A DNA stretch of 36,098 nt, taken from contig CAZJRX010000003.1 of assembly GCA_964548145.1 (NCBI GenBank), forward strand, positions 1-36,098, given 5' to 3'. The notes under the pieces were generated by a model. That model was not told where the DNA came from. It ran no database searches and saw only the letters and a program-made list of their open reading frames with translations. The stretch is from an uncultured Pseudomonadales bacterium. GTDB taxonomy: Bacteria > Pseudomonadota > Gammaproteobacteria > Pseudomonadales > Azotimanducaceae. Shown in pieces: positions 8,607 to 18,481 of this stretch; the first letter of the stretch is position 1; each line of letters begins with the position of its first letter. The translations under genes and the position numbers were made by a program.

Positions 8607-10790
8607 ATGCACAGCCCGTCGCCGGGGCTCGGTATACTCGCGCGTCGCCATTCGATCGAGGGAGGCCCCGTGGCCCTGCTTGGAACCGTCCACTACGAAG
8701 TGCGCGACGGCGTCGCGCTGCTCACCGTCGACAACCCCCCGGTGAACCCGTTGAGTTCCGGTGTGCGTTTCTACATGTCGCAACACTTGGAGACCGCTCT
8801 CGGCGACGACAGCGTCGAGGCCGTCGTCATCACCGGCAAGGGCAGGGCCTTCATCGCCGGCGCCGACATCCGCGACTTCGGCAAGCCGAGGAATCCCGAC
8901 GAGCAGCCCAAGCGTCCCGCCGGCGAGATCAACGAGGCAAGCGCCAAGCCCATCGTCGCCGCCATCAACGGTACGGCATTCGGCGGTGGCCTCGAACACG
9001 CATTGTTCTGCCACTACCGCGTTGCGGCTCCGGGCGCTCCCGTCGGCTTGCCCGAGATCAAGATCGGACTGCTGCCCGGAGGCGGCGGCACGCAACGTCT
9101 GCCGAGGCTGATCGGCGCCGAGCGCGCCATGGACGCGATCCTCACCGGCGACCCCTTCGACACCGGGGAAGCGCTCGAACTCGGCATCCTCGACGAGATC
9201 ATCGAAGGCGACCTGGTTGCCGGCGCCATCGCCTTCGCGAAAGCCAAGGCGGTCGCGGGCGCACCCCATCCGCTAGTGCGCAACCGACGCGACAAAATCG
9301 AGGCGGACCGCGCCAATCCGGACGTGTTCAAGGCCGGCGAGGCATACCTGGCCCGGCGCATGCGCGGCCAGATCAACGGCCTGATGGCGTTCAACTCGGT
9401 CAAGGCGGCGGTTGAGATCGACGACTTCGACGAGGGCATTCGCGCCGAACGCGACAATTTCCAAGTCTGCCACGACCACGAACAACGCGCCGCGATGATC
9501 CACGTCTTCTTCTCCGAGCGGCAAGCGACGCGGATTCCCGACGTGCCGAGGGAAACGCCGAAGAAGGACATCACCAGCGCTGCGACCGTCGGCGGTGGCC
9601 TGATGGGCGGCGGGATCGCCATGTGCTTCGCCGATGCCGGCATCCCGGTGAAGGTGCTCGAAGTTACCCGGGAAGCCCTCGACAAGGGGCTCTCGGTCAT
9701 CGAGTTCAACTACAACCGAATGGTCCGAAGCGGTCGAATAACCGAAGCGGAACGCGATGCCCGGCTGGGTCTCATCGAAGGCGTGCTGGACTACGACGCC
9801 ATCGCCGACGCCGATGTCGTCGTCGAAGCCGTCTACGAAAACCTCGAACTCAAGAAGGAGATCTTCGCCAAGCTGGACGCCACGATGAAGGCGGGAGCGG
9901 TACTTGCCAGCAATACCTCCGGCCTTGACCTCGATCAAATGGCGGCAATGACGAAGCGGCCTGACGAGGTAGTGGGTACTCACTTCTTCAGTCCCGCCAA
10001 CATCATGCAACTGCTGGAGGTGGTGCGCGGCGTCGAAACCAACCCCGAGACACTCGCCACGGCAATGGCGCTCGGCAAGACCATCGGCAAGACTCCCGTC
10101 ATGTCGCTGAACGCGCCGGGCTTCATCGGCAACCGGATGCTCGGCGGCTACACCAGCCAGGCTGGCGAGATCATCCTGCACGGTGCGTTCCCGGAACAGG
10201 TCGACAAGGTGATCGTCGACTTCGGCTTCAACATGGGGCCCTTCGCGATGAACGACTTAGTCGGGCTCGACCTCGGCTGGCGGGCGCGCAAGATGGCCGG
10301 CACCACCGACAAGCCGTTGACCGCCATCGTGCCCGACAAGCTCTGCGACCTCGGTCGATTCGGCCAGAAAACCAACGCGGGCTTCTACACCTACCCCCAA
10401 GGCAGCCGCCAGGGGCAGCCCGACCCGGCGGTTGCCAAGCTGATCGAGGAGACCTCCGCCGAGTTCGGTTTCTCGCGCCGGCAAATCAACGACGACGAGA
10501 TCTTGAAGCGTTGCCTCTACCCGCTCATCAACATCGGCGCCCAACTCCTCGACGACGGCATCGCCCTGCGCGCCAGCGACATCGACGTCGTCTACATCTA
10601 CGGCTATGGATTCCCCAAGTACCGGGGCGGCCCGATGTACTACGCGGACCAGGTTGGACTCGACAACGTCTACCGGGACATCCTGGCGTTCCACCAGGAA
10701 TACGGGGAAGCCTGGCGACCGGCACCGCTGTTGAAGCGGCTCGTGGACGACGGCAAGGCTTTCACGGATTGGGACGCAAAGCACCGATGA
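8607..10790 (+). CDS. Bifunctional enoyl-CoA hydratase / 3-hydroxyacyl-CoA dehydrogenase (FadB/FadJ-like)
   Basis: 727 aa. N-terminal crotonase fold (LLTVDNPPVNPL.., GKGRAFIAGADI, AINGTAFGGGLEHAL). The central NAD-binding 3-HCDH domain begins at VGGGLMGGGIA, and C-terminal 3-HCDH repeats follow. A GTG at 8670 preceded by GAGGGAGG is an alternative start. Confidence 0.92.
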   Translation: MHSPSPGLGILARRHSIEGGPVALLGTVHYEVRDGVALLTVDNPPVNPLSSGVRFYMSQHLETALGDDSVEAVVITGKGRAFIAGADIRDFGKPRNPDEQPKRPAGEINEASAKPIVAAINGTAFGGGLEHALFCHYRVAAPGAPVGLPEIKIGLLPGGGGTQRLPRLIGAERAMDAILTGDPFDTGEALELGILDEIIEGDLVAGAIAFAKAKAVAGAPHPLVRNRRDKIEADRANPDVFKAGEAYLARRMRGQINGLMAFNSVKAAVEIDDFDEGIRAERDNFQVCHDHEQRAAMIHVFFSERQATRIPDVPRETPKKDITSAATVGGGLMGGGIAMCFADAGIPVKVLEVTREALDKGLSVIEFNYNRMVRSGRITEAERDARLGLIEGVLDYDAIADADVVVEAVYENLELKKEIFAKLDATMKAGAVLASNTSGLDLDQMAAMTKRPDEVVGTHFFSPANIMQLLEVVRGVETNPETLATAMALGKTIGKTPVMSLNAPGFIGNRMLGGYTSQAGEIILHGAFPEQVDKVIVDFGFNMGPFAMNDLVGLDLGWRARKMAGTTDKPLTAIVPDKLCDLGRFGQKTNAGFYTYPQGSRQGQPDPAVAKLIEETSAEFGFSRRQINDDEILKRCLYPLINIGAQLLDDGIALRASDIDVVYIYGYGFPKYRGGPMYYADQVGLDNVYRDILAFHQEYGEAWRPAPLLKRLVDDGKAFTDWDAKHR

Positions 10791-10829
10791 TGTCGTTAGT
10801 GGTCTCGTCTGATCGACGCCGCAAGTTAG

Positions 10830-11039
10830 ATGCAGTTCACGACACGCAATAGCGAGCAGATCCGAAGCGGCACCGTCACGCTCACGTTTCGCAATTGGAA
10901 GCGTCCGCACGCCAAGGTCGGCGGCGTCTACCGGTTGCGACCCACCGGGGCGGTCAAGGTCACCGGCCTCGATACCGTGCATGGGAGTGCGCGTGGTGCA
11001 AATGCACCGATAGCGTTGTGTGCGGGGTGGGCGTCCTGA
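10830..11039 (+). CDS. Small ORF with weak ASCH/PUA-like N-terminal resemblance, possibly truncated
   Basis: 69 aa. IRSGTVTLTFRNWKRPHAKVGGVYRL resembles the ASCH pattern (sG.it.tfR.Wkrp.vk.G..Y) recalled from memory. The ORF is shorter than typical family members, so it may be a remnant. Confidence 0.25.
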   Translation: MQFTTRNSEQIRSGTVTLTFRNWKRPHAKVGGVYRLRPTGAVKVTGLDTVHGSARGANAPIALCAGWAS

Positions 11040-11119
11040 CGCACGAAACCGGTATGCGTCGGCGATTCGCGGCGGCGGGGTTTCTTGTCTGTCATGATCG
11101 ACGCGACCGCGCCGGCCAT

Positions 11120-12094
11120 TCAGCGCACCGCGTAGGGCATCTGCCGCATCGGAATCGTGTAAAGATCGAGGGAGCGTTTCTGCTTCGCGACGCTCTTCCT
11201 GAGCGCCTGCCACCGCGCCGGGCAATCCGCCTTGAGGTAACGAAAAAGCGCCGCGTATTTGGCGAGCCGGAAACCGCTGCCGAACACCACCGGATTGGCC
11301 GCGAGCGTCGCCGCGGCATCGTCGAAACGGTCGGTGATGCGACCCGGCCCGACTCCTCGGCTGTCCAGTGCGATCCAATAGGGATCACCATCGACCACCA
11401 GTTCGCCGTTCTCCGGTCGAAACGCAAAGTCGACGTCGAGATCGGTGAACATCAGGTGGCTCTGTCGCATCCAGCGTTTGAGCTTGCGGGCGGCCGCCTT
11501 GTCGATGCGGTCTTTGTCGGGGCCCGTCGTGTAACCCGGAACCGGCGTCTTGACCGCCAGGTGCGCCTGTTCGGCCGTTCGAAGCGAACGGAACGTGTCG
11601 AGCAGGAACAGGTTGAAGCCCGCCAGTTTGCCAGCAAACGACTTGTGGTATTCGCCGTGGACCCCCATGTAGGTGAACAGGGCGTCCGAGCCGCTCCCCA
11701 CGAAACCTACCAGGGGTTCAAGTTCCCAGTCGTAGAGCGTGCCGCTCGCCCGCTGATCGGGGAAGTCCAAGGTTAGCCGCCGCCCGTTCACTTCGGCCGG
11801 ATCCACGGCAACGATCGGGCAGGCGTATCGGGCCAACTGGGGCCGCGCCTCTTCCACGAAGATGACGCCGCCCACCACCGTAATGGTCTCCACGGCCATC
11901 AGGTCGGGGGTACCCGTGACGTCGCGACGAGCCGTGTGCTGGAAGGTGAGATTTCGGGTCCGACGGCCCGCCGGGGTGATGCCGAGCTTCTGCAGACCGC
12001 GTTTCTCGAACACGACTTCCGTCTCCCCGGCCTCGGCCACGCCGACGGACAACGCGCAGAACAACACCGCGACCGCTATCAGCCGAAGAAACAT
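11120..12094 (-). CDS. Secreted hypothetical protein
   Basis: 324 aa with an ATG start and a clear signal peptide MFLRLIAVAVLFCALSVGVAEA. Non-repetitive composition. No family recognised. Confidence 0.65.
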   Translation of the reverse strand: MFLRLIAVAVLFCALSVGVAEAGETEVVFEKRGLQKLGITPAGRRTRNLTFQHTARRDVTGTPDLMAVETITVVGGVIFVEEARPQLARYACPIVAVDPAEVNGRRLTLDFPDQRASGTLYDWELEPLVGFVGSGSDALFTYMGVHGEYHKSFAGKLAGFNLFLLDTFRSLRTAEQAHLAVKTPVPGYTTGPDKDRIDKAAARKLKRWMRQSHLMFTDLDVDFAFRPENGELVVDGDPYWIALDSRGVGPGRITDRFDDAAATLAANPVVFGSGFRLAKYAALFRYLKADCPARWQALRKSVAKQKRSLDLYTIPMRQMPYAVR

Positions 12095-12120
12095 GGCGGC
12101 ATTGCCCGGTTGTCGACGTT

Positions 12121-12148
12121 GGCGCCAGTGTCTGCCGACACCCGCGCC
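12121..12148 (-). terminator. GC-rich interrupted hairpin between the alpha/beta hydrolase gene and the next minus-strand gene
   Basis: GGCGC-ca-GTGTC-tgcc-GACAC-cc-GCGCC, i.e. 5+5 bp with a 2x2 internal loop. There is no U-tract, so intrinsic-terminator function is uncertain. Confidence 0.3.
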
Positions 12149-12189
12149 CGGTCAAGCGAACGCCATCGAAGCATCGAAGCCGGTTTGGC

Positions 12190-13032
12190 CTACTCGCTGG
12201 GGGACTTGAGGTGGACCGACAGGAAGGCGACCGTTTCAGTCCTCGCGCGATCCCGGTGCGCTCCCCGGAAGCCGTGCCGGGCACCTTCAAGAACGACGAC
12301 GCTGTTGGTGACCCCTACTACGTCGAGCGCCCCGCCCATACGTTCGCTGTTGCTAATCGGCACGAGGCGATCTTCGTCGCCGTGGATCATCAACACCGGC
12401 GGATCGTCTTCGCTCACGAAGTTGATCGGCGAAACGTCGGCCGCGAGCGCCGGATCGAAGTCGAGCGCCGGGAAGCGCTCGTTCGGACCGGCGCTCTTGC
12501 TCAGGTCCACCGGCGGGAAATACGCCACGACCGCCTGCACCCGATTCGAGACTCGCGCCACGGGATCTTCTGCGCTGGCATCGCCGGCGTCGCTTGCGAG
12601 CCCCAGCATGAGCGCCAAGTGTCCGCCCGCGCTCCCACCCATGACGCCCAATCGGTCCGGGTCGATGTCGAACCGCTCGGCGTTCATCCGCACGTGCCGA
12701 ACAGCGCGACGCACGTCGGACACCGCATCCGGCACCTTGAACCTGGGTGCACTGCCGTGATGGATCGCGAACACCGTGAAACCCGCATCGAGCAGGTAGC
12801 CGAACTGCAGCCGACGACGCTCGGGGGGTGCCCAGCCCGAGAACCACCCGCCGCTGATCATGAACAGGACGCTGGCGCCATTGGCTTCAGCGGGATGGAA
12901 GACATCGTAGACGAGCGCCATTCCGTCCTTGTGGCCGTAGACCACGTCGGAAGTGATCGCGACGTCCGCCTTGACAGGCACGACGAATAGCAGGATGCCG
13001 ATGGCTACGGCGATTGACTGGATGCTTTTCAT
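12190..13032 (-). CDS. Secreted alpha/beta hydrolase (esterase/lipase-like)
   Basis: 280 aa. Signal peptide MKSIQSIAVAIGILLFVVPVKA. Oxyanion-type ISGGW and nucleophile elbow GGSAGGH (GxSxG). A late HGDEDRLVP segment is typical of the Asp/His part of the triad. Confidence 0.85.
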   Translation of the reverse strand: MKSIQSIAVAIGILLFVVPVKADVAITSDVVYGHKDGMALVYDVFHPAEANGASVLFMISGGWFSGWAPPERRRLQFGYLLDAGFTVFAIHHGSAPRFKVPDAVSDVRRAVRHVRMNAERFDIDPDRLGVMGGSAGGHLALMLGLASDAGDASAEDPVARVSNRVQAVVAYFPPVDLSKSAGPNERFPALDFDPALAADVSPINFVSEDDPPVLMIHGDEDRLVPISNSERMGGALDVVGVTNSVVVLEGARHGFRGAHRDRARTETVAFLSVHLKSPSE

Positions 13033-13143
13033 TGGACCCCTCCTCGGTCGCTGCGCATAGGATGTTAGCGCGGATTCCCGGTAGGTCGCCCAAGACCGCC
13101 TTTGTGCGAGACTGTCGAACCGAAGGGCTGTTCCGAGGGATCA

Positions 13144-14625
13144 ATGAAAGACACCACGCTTGTCGTTCACACCGAGTTTCCCATCGGCGAGGTAAGCCCG
13201 CTCATATTCGGCGGCTTCCTTGAACACCTCGGTCGGTCGATCTATACCGGTGTCTACGATCCGGACTCCTCCCACGCCGATGGCGACGGCATGCGCCAAG
13301 ATGTGATCGACGCCCTGCGCGAGCTCGGAATGACCGTCGTCCGGTATCCGGGCGGCAATTTCGCCTCCGGCTACCATTGGCGAGATGGGGTAGGTCCGAA
13401 GGAGAAGAGACCCGCGGTCCGTGAACTCGCCTGGCAGTCCATCGAACCCAATACCTTCGGCACCGACGAGTTCGTGAAACTGTGCCGCAAGCTCGACTGG
13501 CAGCCCATGCTTGCCGTCAATCTCGGCACGGGCTCGCCGGAGGAAGCGCGCGACTGGGTGGAATACTGCAATGCGCCGGCGGGCACAAAGTTCGCGGACC
13601 AGCGCGCGTCCAACGGCAGTACGGAACCCTTCGACGTCCCGATCTGGTGTCTCGGCAACGAGATGGACGGTCCCTGGCAACTCGGCCACGCCCCCGCAGA
13701 CCAATACGCGATCCGCGCCCAGCAGGCGGCGATGATGATGAAGCAGTGTGACCGTTCCATCACCGCGGTGGCCTGCGGTTCCTCCGGAAGCCAGATGCCG
13801 ACCTTTCTCAAGTGGGATCGCGAGGTGCTAGAGCATCTCGGCGATCTCGCCGACTACGTGAGCCTGCACCGATATGTCGGCAACCGGAACGGCGACAGTG
13901 CCGACTATCTCGCGATCTCGAACAGCATCGATCGCCAAATCGAAGCCGTCGATGCCTGCACGCGGTTGGTCGCCGAACAACGGCGTTCATCGAGGCGCGC
14001 GTGGCTCTGCTTCGACGAGTGGAACGTCTGGTACCGCGCAAGGGGCGGAAACGGTGGTGGCGCCTTCGCGCCGCCGCTATTGGAGGAGCGCTACAACCTG
14101 GAGGACGCACTGGTGGTCGCCATGTTCCTGATGAGCTTCATCCGTCACGCAGACTGCGTGAAGATCGCCAACCTCGCGCAACTCGTCAATGTCATCGGCC
14201 CGGTGATGACCCGCGGCGACGAGTTGTTCAGACAGACCATCTTCCACGCCTTCCGGATGATCTCGTCGCGCAAGACCGGGGTGTCGTTGCGCGGCGCCGT
14301 GCGGGGTCCATGCTACGCGGGGGAACGCAACGGGGAGGTGGCCTATCTGGATCACGCCGCCATTCTGGACGGTGACCGTCTGCACGTCTTTGCCATCAAC
14401 CGAAGCCTAGACGAGGACATGCGCCTGGTCGTCGACTGCGCCGACCGAGCGGTCGAACGGGTCGTCGACGCCGAGATCCTGCACGCTGAATTGCCCGCGG
14501 AGAACAGTTTCGAGACACCGGATCGTGTTGCCGCGGTACCGTTCGACGGGTGGTCCGCCCGGGGAAGTGCCGAGGCGGTCCTGCCGCCGCATTCGTTTAC
14601 GGCGACAACATTCGCGTTGTCGTGA
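13144..14625 (+). CDS. GH51 alpha-L-arabinofuranosidase
   Basis: The N-terminus MKDTTLVVHTEFPIGEVSPLIFGGFLEHLGRSIYTGVYDP, VVRYPGGNFASGYHWRDGVGP and WCLGNEMDGPWQLGH (acid/base Glu) match the GH51 pattern. The track ORF starts at TTG 13102, but the ATG at 13144 matches family N-termini. Confidence 0.9.
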   Translation: MKDTTLVVHTEFPIGEVSPLIFGGFLEHLGRSIYTGVYDPDSSHADGDGMRQDVIDALRELGMTVVRYPGGNFASGYHWRDGVGPKEKRPAVRELAWQSIEPNTFGTDEFVKLCRKLDWQPMLAVNLGTGSPEEARDWVEYCNAPAGTKFADQRASNGSTEPFDVPIWCLGNEMDGPWQLGHAPADQYAIRAQQAAMMMKQCDRSITAVACGSSGSQMPTFLKWDREVLEHLGDLADYVSLHRYVGNRNGDSADYLAISNSIDRQIEAVDACTRLVAEQRRSSRRAWLCFDEWNVWYRARGGNGGGAFAPPLLEERYNLEDALVVAMFLMSFIRHADCVKIANLAQLVNVIGPVMTRGDELFRQTIFHAFRMISSRKTGVSLRGAVRGPCYAGERNGEVAYLDHAAILDGDRLHVFAINRSLDEDMRLVVDCADRAVERVVDAEILHAELPAENSFETPDRVAAVPFDGWSARGSAEAVLPPHSFTATTFALS

Positions 14626-14631
14626 AACGTG

Positions 14632-15951
14632 TCAAGACGCCGAGCGGTTCGCCGTGGACCGCAACCGGTCGAGCCACGCATCGCCCAAGTGCCCCGCACG
14701 CCGTGTCCAACGGTCATCGGCGATCTCGTTCGCCGACCTCACGTCGCCGGCGCGCAGGCATGACGAAACCGCGAGGTCGATGAACACGTCACGTTGCGCA
14801 TTGCTGCCGCCTAGCCGTTCGAGGTCCGGCATCGCTTGCCTGAAGGCGTGCGCGGCCTCGGCGTAGAGGCCGCGGGCATACGCGGCAATCCCCGAGCAGA
14901 TAACGGATACGACCGAACCCGACGGCTGTTTCCCGGCGTCGAGAAGCTCGGTCACCCCGTGCCTTAAGTGTTTCATCGCCTCGTGGTCGGCCACCGCCGC
15001 ATAGGCCATCGCCAAGTGCGTGTTGACGAACGGCACCCCGGGCTTGGCGAAACGCTCTTGCACCAGGGTGGCGACCTCCCTTCGCTGTTCGACGTCGAAG
15101 TCGCTGCCGGCCATGGCCGAGCGCAGCTGGAAAGACGCACAGTCGATCATCGTGAACATCGGCAATGTCCGCGAGACCGCCGGGCGGATGCTCTCCATGT
15201 AGATTGCGCGGGCCCGGTCCGGGTCGCCACGCTGTAGCGCGAACAAGCCCTGGTGCCATGCCAGATGGGCGTGCAGGATCGCCGAGCGATCATAGCCGGG
15301 CAACCAAGCCTCGATGAACTGTTCACCCTCCCGGGCGGCGCCCTGCTCGTAGTAGCCGTGGGTCCTGCCATGGGCGGCGTTCGCGTTGTCCGGCCGCAAC
15401 GCCAACGCCCGGTCGAGCATGGGGATTCCGGCATCGCACTGCCCTACCTCCACGAGCGCCCAGCCGTAGGAGGCGAGGAACCACCAATCTCCCTCACCGT
15501 AGGCGTGGGCAACGTCTTCGAGAAGCTCGACCTGGCGTTCCCGGAAGTCGTTGAGGAGGCCGTAGACGCCCAACGCAAAGGAAAGGGGGACGGCATCACG
15601 AGGGTAAGCGGTCGCGTGCAGCCGCACCGCATCGAGGGCCGCCGTCGATTCGCCGTGAAAAACCAGGGACACGATCTCGGCGTGGCGACGTTCCCGTTCC
15701 GGCAGCGCTGTCGCGAGGTCACGACCGCGTGCGGCCCAATGCCGCGCCGCCCGGGCGTCCCCCGTGCCCGCCAGTGCTCGCGCCTTGGCGCAGTGACCGA
15801 GCGCGAACTCGGGATCGAGGGTCAACGCTTCGTCGACAAGCGCGACGCTGCCCGGCTGCAGGGCGAACATCCTCTCGACCGCCTCGTCGTAGAGTTCGAC
15901 GGCGCGCACGGACTGTGCCGTGATCGGCTGGCCAAAACGATCCTGGTTCAT
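14632..15951 (-). CDS. Tetratricopeptide-repeat protein
   Basis: 439 aa, all-helical, Ala/Leu-rich with repeated A..A..Y/W..A TPR-like spacing (e.g. GHCAKARALAGTGDARAARHWAARG). Convergent with the GH51 gene across a 6-nt gap. Confidence 0.7.
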   Translation of the reverse strand: MNQDRFGQPITAQSVRAVELYDEAVERMFALQPGSVALVDEALTLDPEFALGHCAKARALAGTGDARAARHWAARGRDLATALPERERRHAEIVSLVFHGESTAALDAVRLHATAYPRDAVPLSFALGVYGLLNDFRERQVELLEDVAHAYGEGDWWFLASYGWALVEVGQCDAGIPMLDRALALRPDNANAAHGRTHGYYEQGAAREGEQFIEAWLPGYDRSAILHAHLAWHQGLFALQRGDPDRARAIYMESIRPAVSRTLPMFTMIDCASFQLRSAMAGSDFDVEQRREVATLVQERFAKPGVPFVNTHLAMAYAAVADHEAMKHLRHGVTELLDAGKQPSGSVVSVICSGIAAYARGLYAEAAHAFRQAMPDLERLGGSNAQRDVFIDLAVSSCLRAGDVRSANEIADDRWTRRAGHLGDAWLDRLRSTANRSAS

Positions 15952-16028
15952 GTTTGGTCTCGACCCGGCCGCTGAGCCGTGGTTCGGGCACTATCATACG
16001 CCGCGTCCCACTGGTGCCCGGAGTATGC

Positions 16029-16673
16029 ATGCCAAGGCGCAGGCGCCCGCCCACCGAGGAGACGCGGCCGCGCGTCGTATTGCTGGACCTCGGCGGGGTG
16101 ATCATCGACATCGATCCCCGCGCCTGCTTCGTCTCCTGGGCAAGCGCCGCCGGTGTCGAGGTTGCTACGATCGCCCCGCGATGGGCTGTCGACGATGCCT
16201 ACAAGGCGTTCGAAACCGGCGAAATCGGATTCGACGAGTACTACCACCACCTATCCCGGCGACTCGGTATCACACTGACGCGACAGCAGTGGCAAACGGG
16301 CTGGAACGAACTGCTCAGAGACCCGTTTTCCGAGGTCGCCGCGATTCTCCCTCGGCTCGCCAGGGAGATTCCCCTGTACGTGTTCTCCAACACCAACCCC
16401 GTTCACCAGGAAGCGTTTCAGTTCAGATGCCGAGGGGCTCTGGCCCCAATCCGAAAGATCTACACGTCCTGGGAAATCGGCCTGCGCAAACCCGCTGTCG
16501 AGTCGTACCGCGCGGTGGCCGACGACATTGGCGTTGCGCCGTCGGACATCCTGTTCGTCGACGATAATGCCGACAACGTCGCGGCGGCCCGGACGGCGGG
16601 GTTGGACGGCAGACGGGTGAGTAGTCCGGCGGAAACCGCGGCGATCCTTGAGTGGGTACTTCCATCTTCATGA
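16029..16673 (+). CDS. HAD-superfamily hydrolase (subfamily IA-like)
   Basis: Motif I VLLDLGGVIIDID (DxG variant of DxD), motif II-like VFSNTN, and motif IV FVDDNADNV. The ATG at 16029 has GGAG 5 nt upstream. The track ORF extends to 15954, which is probably too long. Confidence 0.85.
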   Translation: MPRRRRPPTEETRPRVVLLDLGGVIIDIDPRACFVSWASAAGVEVATIAPRWAVDDAYKAFETGEIGFDEYYHHLSRRLGITLTRQQWQTGWNELLRDPFSEVAAILPRLAREIPLYVFSNTNPVHQEAFQFRCRGALAPIRKIYTSWEIGLRKPAVESYRAVADDIGVAPSDILFVDDNADNVAAARTAGLDGRRVSSPAETAAILEWVLPSS

Positions 16674-16853
16674 ATCGGACACGAATGCCACCCGCTGGAG
16701 GGCGAACGCCAGTGCCACGCACCATGCGAACACCGGCCCACCTGCGGTTTGCGTACCACCGGCGCCCCCGGCGAGCGCAACCGCGACGCCGATGCACAAT
16801 GCACCCAAGGTTCCCGCCCATGCCCGGAACCGTTCGCCAGCACGGGCCGGCAC
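16668..16853 (-). CDS. Possible small two-TM membrane protein downstream of the DM13 gene
   Basis: 61 aa with a GTG start 17 nt after the DM13 stop and two hydrophobic stretches (GTLGALCIGVAVALAGG, PVFAWCVALAFAL). There is no clear RBS, and it could be a chance ORF in GC-rich DNA. Confidence 0.2.
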   Translation of the reverse strand: MPARAGERFRAWAGTLGALCIGVAVALAGGAGGTQTAGGPVFAWCVALAFALQRVAFVSDS

Positions 16854-16869
16854 CTGCGGCGGTCCCGCG

Positions 16870-17355
16870 CTATTCCGGGAACGAGATGGCAGCGGGCGAG
16901 ATGAGGACGTTGAACTGTTCGCACCAGATCACGACCGAACCGAACCCGGCAAGGTCGATGCCTTGCGGAATCGCATAGTTCTGGCTGCCGACAAAAGACT
17001 TCAGGCGACCCAGATCGATGAACATCGTCCGTTCGACCTCGGTTTCGGGCGTGACCTCGGCGAGCGGGACGAGGTAGACGTGGAACTTCGGACCCGGTCC
17101 CACCTCGAAGTCGGACTCAAGACGCACCAAGTCCGTATACAGCGTCGCCGTGCCGCGACCATAGTGGATCGGATCGGCAGGATTGGCGTGGATGAAACTC
17201 GCTTCGGCCACCACCTCGCGTGCGGCCTCGTCATGCAGGGGCTCGTTCACGACCGGCGGCGGGAACAGGTAGGGAAACACGAGAATGCCCGCAGCGAACC
17301 CGAACCCGGTGCCGAGCACGCCACCGACGACGAAACCGATGATCAGGCGCTGCAT
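16870..17355 (-). CDS. DM13 domain protein with an N-terminal membrane anchor
   Basis: MQRLIIGFVVGGVLGTGFGFAAGILVF anchor, then a DM13-like pattern (..FIHANPADPIHYGRGTATLY.., GPGPKFHVYLVP.., VVIWCEQFNVLISPA). The ATG at 17355 sits 1 nt after the upstream AKR stop. The longer track ORF to 17487 would overlap the AKR gene. Confidence 0.72.
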   Translation of the reverse strand: MQRLIIGFVVGGVLGTGFGFAAGILVFPYLFPPPVVNEPLHDEAAREVVAEASFIHANPADPIHYGRGTATLYTDLVRLESDFEVGPGPKFHVYLVPLAEVTPETEVERTMFIDLGRLKSFVGSQNYAIPQGIDLAGFGSVVIWCEQFNVLISPAAISFPE

Positions 17356-17356
17356 G

Positions 17357-18352
17357 TCAGCTGATCGCCCGTGCCAGGTCCGCGTCGGCCAAGTCTTGCC
17401 AGAGCGCGTCCGGAATCTCGGTGGCAAACAAGTCGAGGTTCGCCTCCACCTCTGCGATCGCCCGAACCCCCGGGATGACCGCCGCAACAGCAGGGTGGCG
17501 AAGCGGGTACTGCAACGCCGCGGCTCGAGGGTCCACGTCGTGGGACTCGCACATCCGGCGAATGGCCTGCGCCTTCCGCCACAGGTGTTCCGGCGCCGGC
17601 TTGTAATCGTAGGTGGCGCGGCGACGATCGTCCGTGGCGAGTAGCCCCGAGTTGTACGGACCGCCGATTATGATCGAGGTTCGGCGTTCCAGGCACTTGG
17701 GCAGGAACTCGTCCAGTGGATCCTGCTCCAGCAGGGTAAAGCGTCCCGCCAGCAGGAAGCAGTCGACCTCCATCAGGTCCAGCACCTGGCTACAGACCGG
17801 CCATTCGTTGACGCCTAGACCGATTGCGCGCACGACGCCCTCATCGCGAAGAGCCCGCAACGCCGGCAGGGCACCCTTCTTCGCCGCCGCGAAGATCCCC
17901 GGCTGGGCATCACCGTGGGTCCATATGTCGATATCGTGGCAAAGCAGGATATCGACCCGGTCGAGGCCCAGTCGTTCCAGGCTCGCCTCGAGCGAACGCC
18001 TGACGGCGTCGAAGGAATAGTCGTAGCGGATGGCGACAGGTTCCGCATCCAGCATGCCCTCGAACCGTTCGCCTTCGGGCCGAGGCACCAGCAACCGTCC
18101 CACCTTGGTGGAAAGCACGAAGTCGTCGCGTGGTAGTTCACGCAGCGCCCTGCCAAGGCGTTTCTCGCTGAGACCGTGGCCGTATAGGGGTGCAGTATCG
18201 AAATACCGGATCCCGCCGGCGCGCGCACACTCCATGATGGCGGTGGCATCGTCGTCGGTGATACGGTCGCCCACCGCGCCGAGCGGGGCGCCACCGAAGC
18301 TGAGTTCGGTGACCTCGATGTCGGTGGCACCTATGTTCCGTCTGGCGATCAT
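17357..18352 (-). CDS. Aldo/keto reductase
   Basis: 331 aa. MIARRNIGATDIEVTELSFGGAPLG.., FDTAPLYGHGLSEKRLG, ..STKVGR.., ILLCHD. This is the typical AKR catalytic tetrad context (D, Y, K, H). Confidence 0.92.
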   Translation of the reverse strand: MIARRNIGATDIEVTELSFGGAPLGAVGDRITDDDATAIMECARAGGIRYFDTAPLYGHGLSEKRLGRALRELPRDDFVLSTKVGRLLVPRPEGERFEGMLDAEPVAIRYDYSFDAVRRSLEASLERLGLDRVDILLCHDIDIWTHGDAQPGIFAAAKKGALPALRALRDEGVVRAIGLGVNEWPVCSQVLDLMEVDCFLLAGRFTLLEQDPLDEFLPKCLERRTSIIIGGPYNSGLLATDDRRRATYDYKPAPEHLWRKAQAIRRMCESHDVDPRAAALQYPLRHPAVAAVIPGVRAIAEVEANLDLFATEIPDALWQDLADADLARAIS

Positions 18353-18481
18353 CTCAAAGCGTCTCCTGGCGAATCATCGAAGCATACGCGAATGGCACGG
18401 CGGGAATCCGCCATCCCGAGCGGCAAAGGCAGCCTACGGCTCGTCGGCGACGCAATCCACTGAACGCGCATCCAACGGCGT

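Noticed and set aside
8099-9415. 438-aa plus-strand ORF spanning the cupin gene and the start of the FadB-like gene
   Set aside because: It is extremely Arg-rich and low in complexity, and it overlaps two genes with recognisable domains. It is a shadow ORF.
10257-11378. 373-aa minus-strand ORF across the FadB 3' end and the 10.8-11.1 kb spacer
   Set aside because: It is antisense to the well-supported FadB-like gene and overlaps the 11120-12094 gene in another frame. The composition is biased and there are no motifs.
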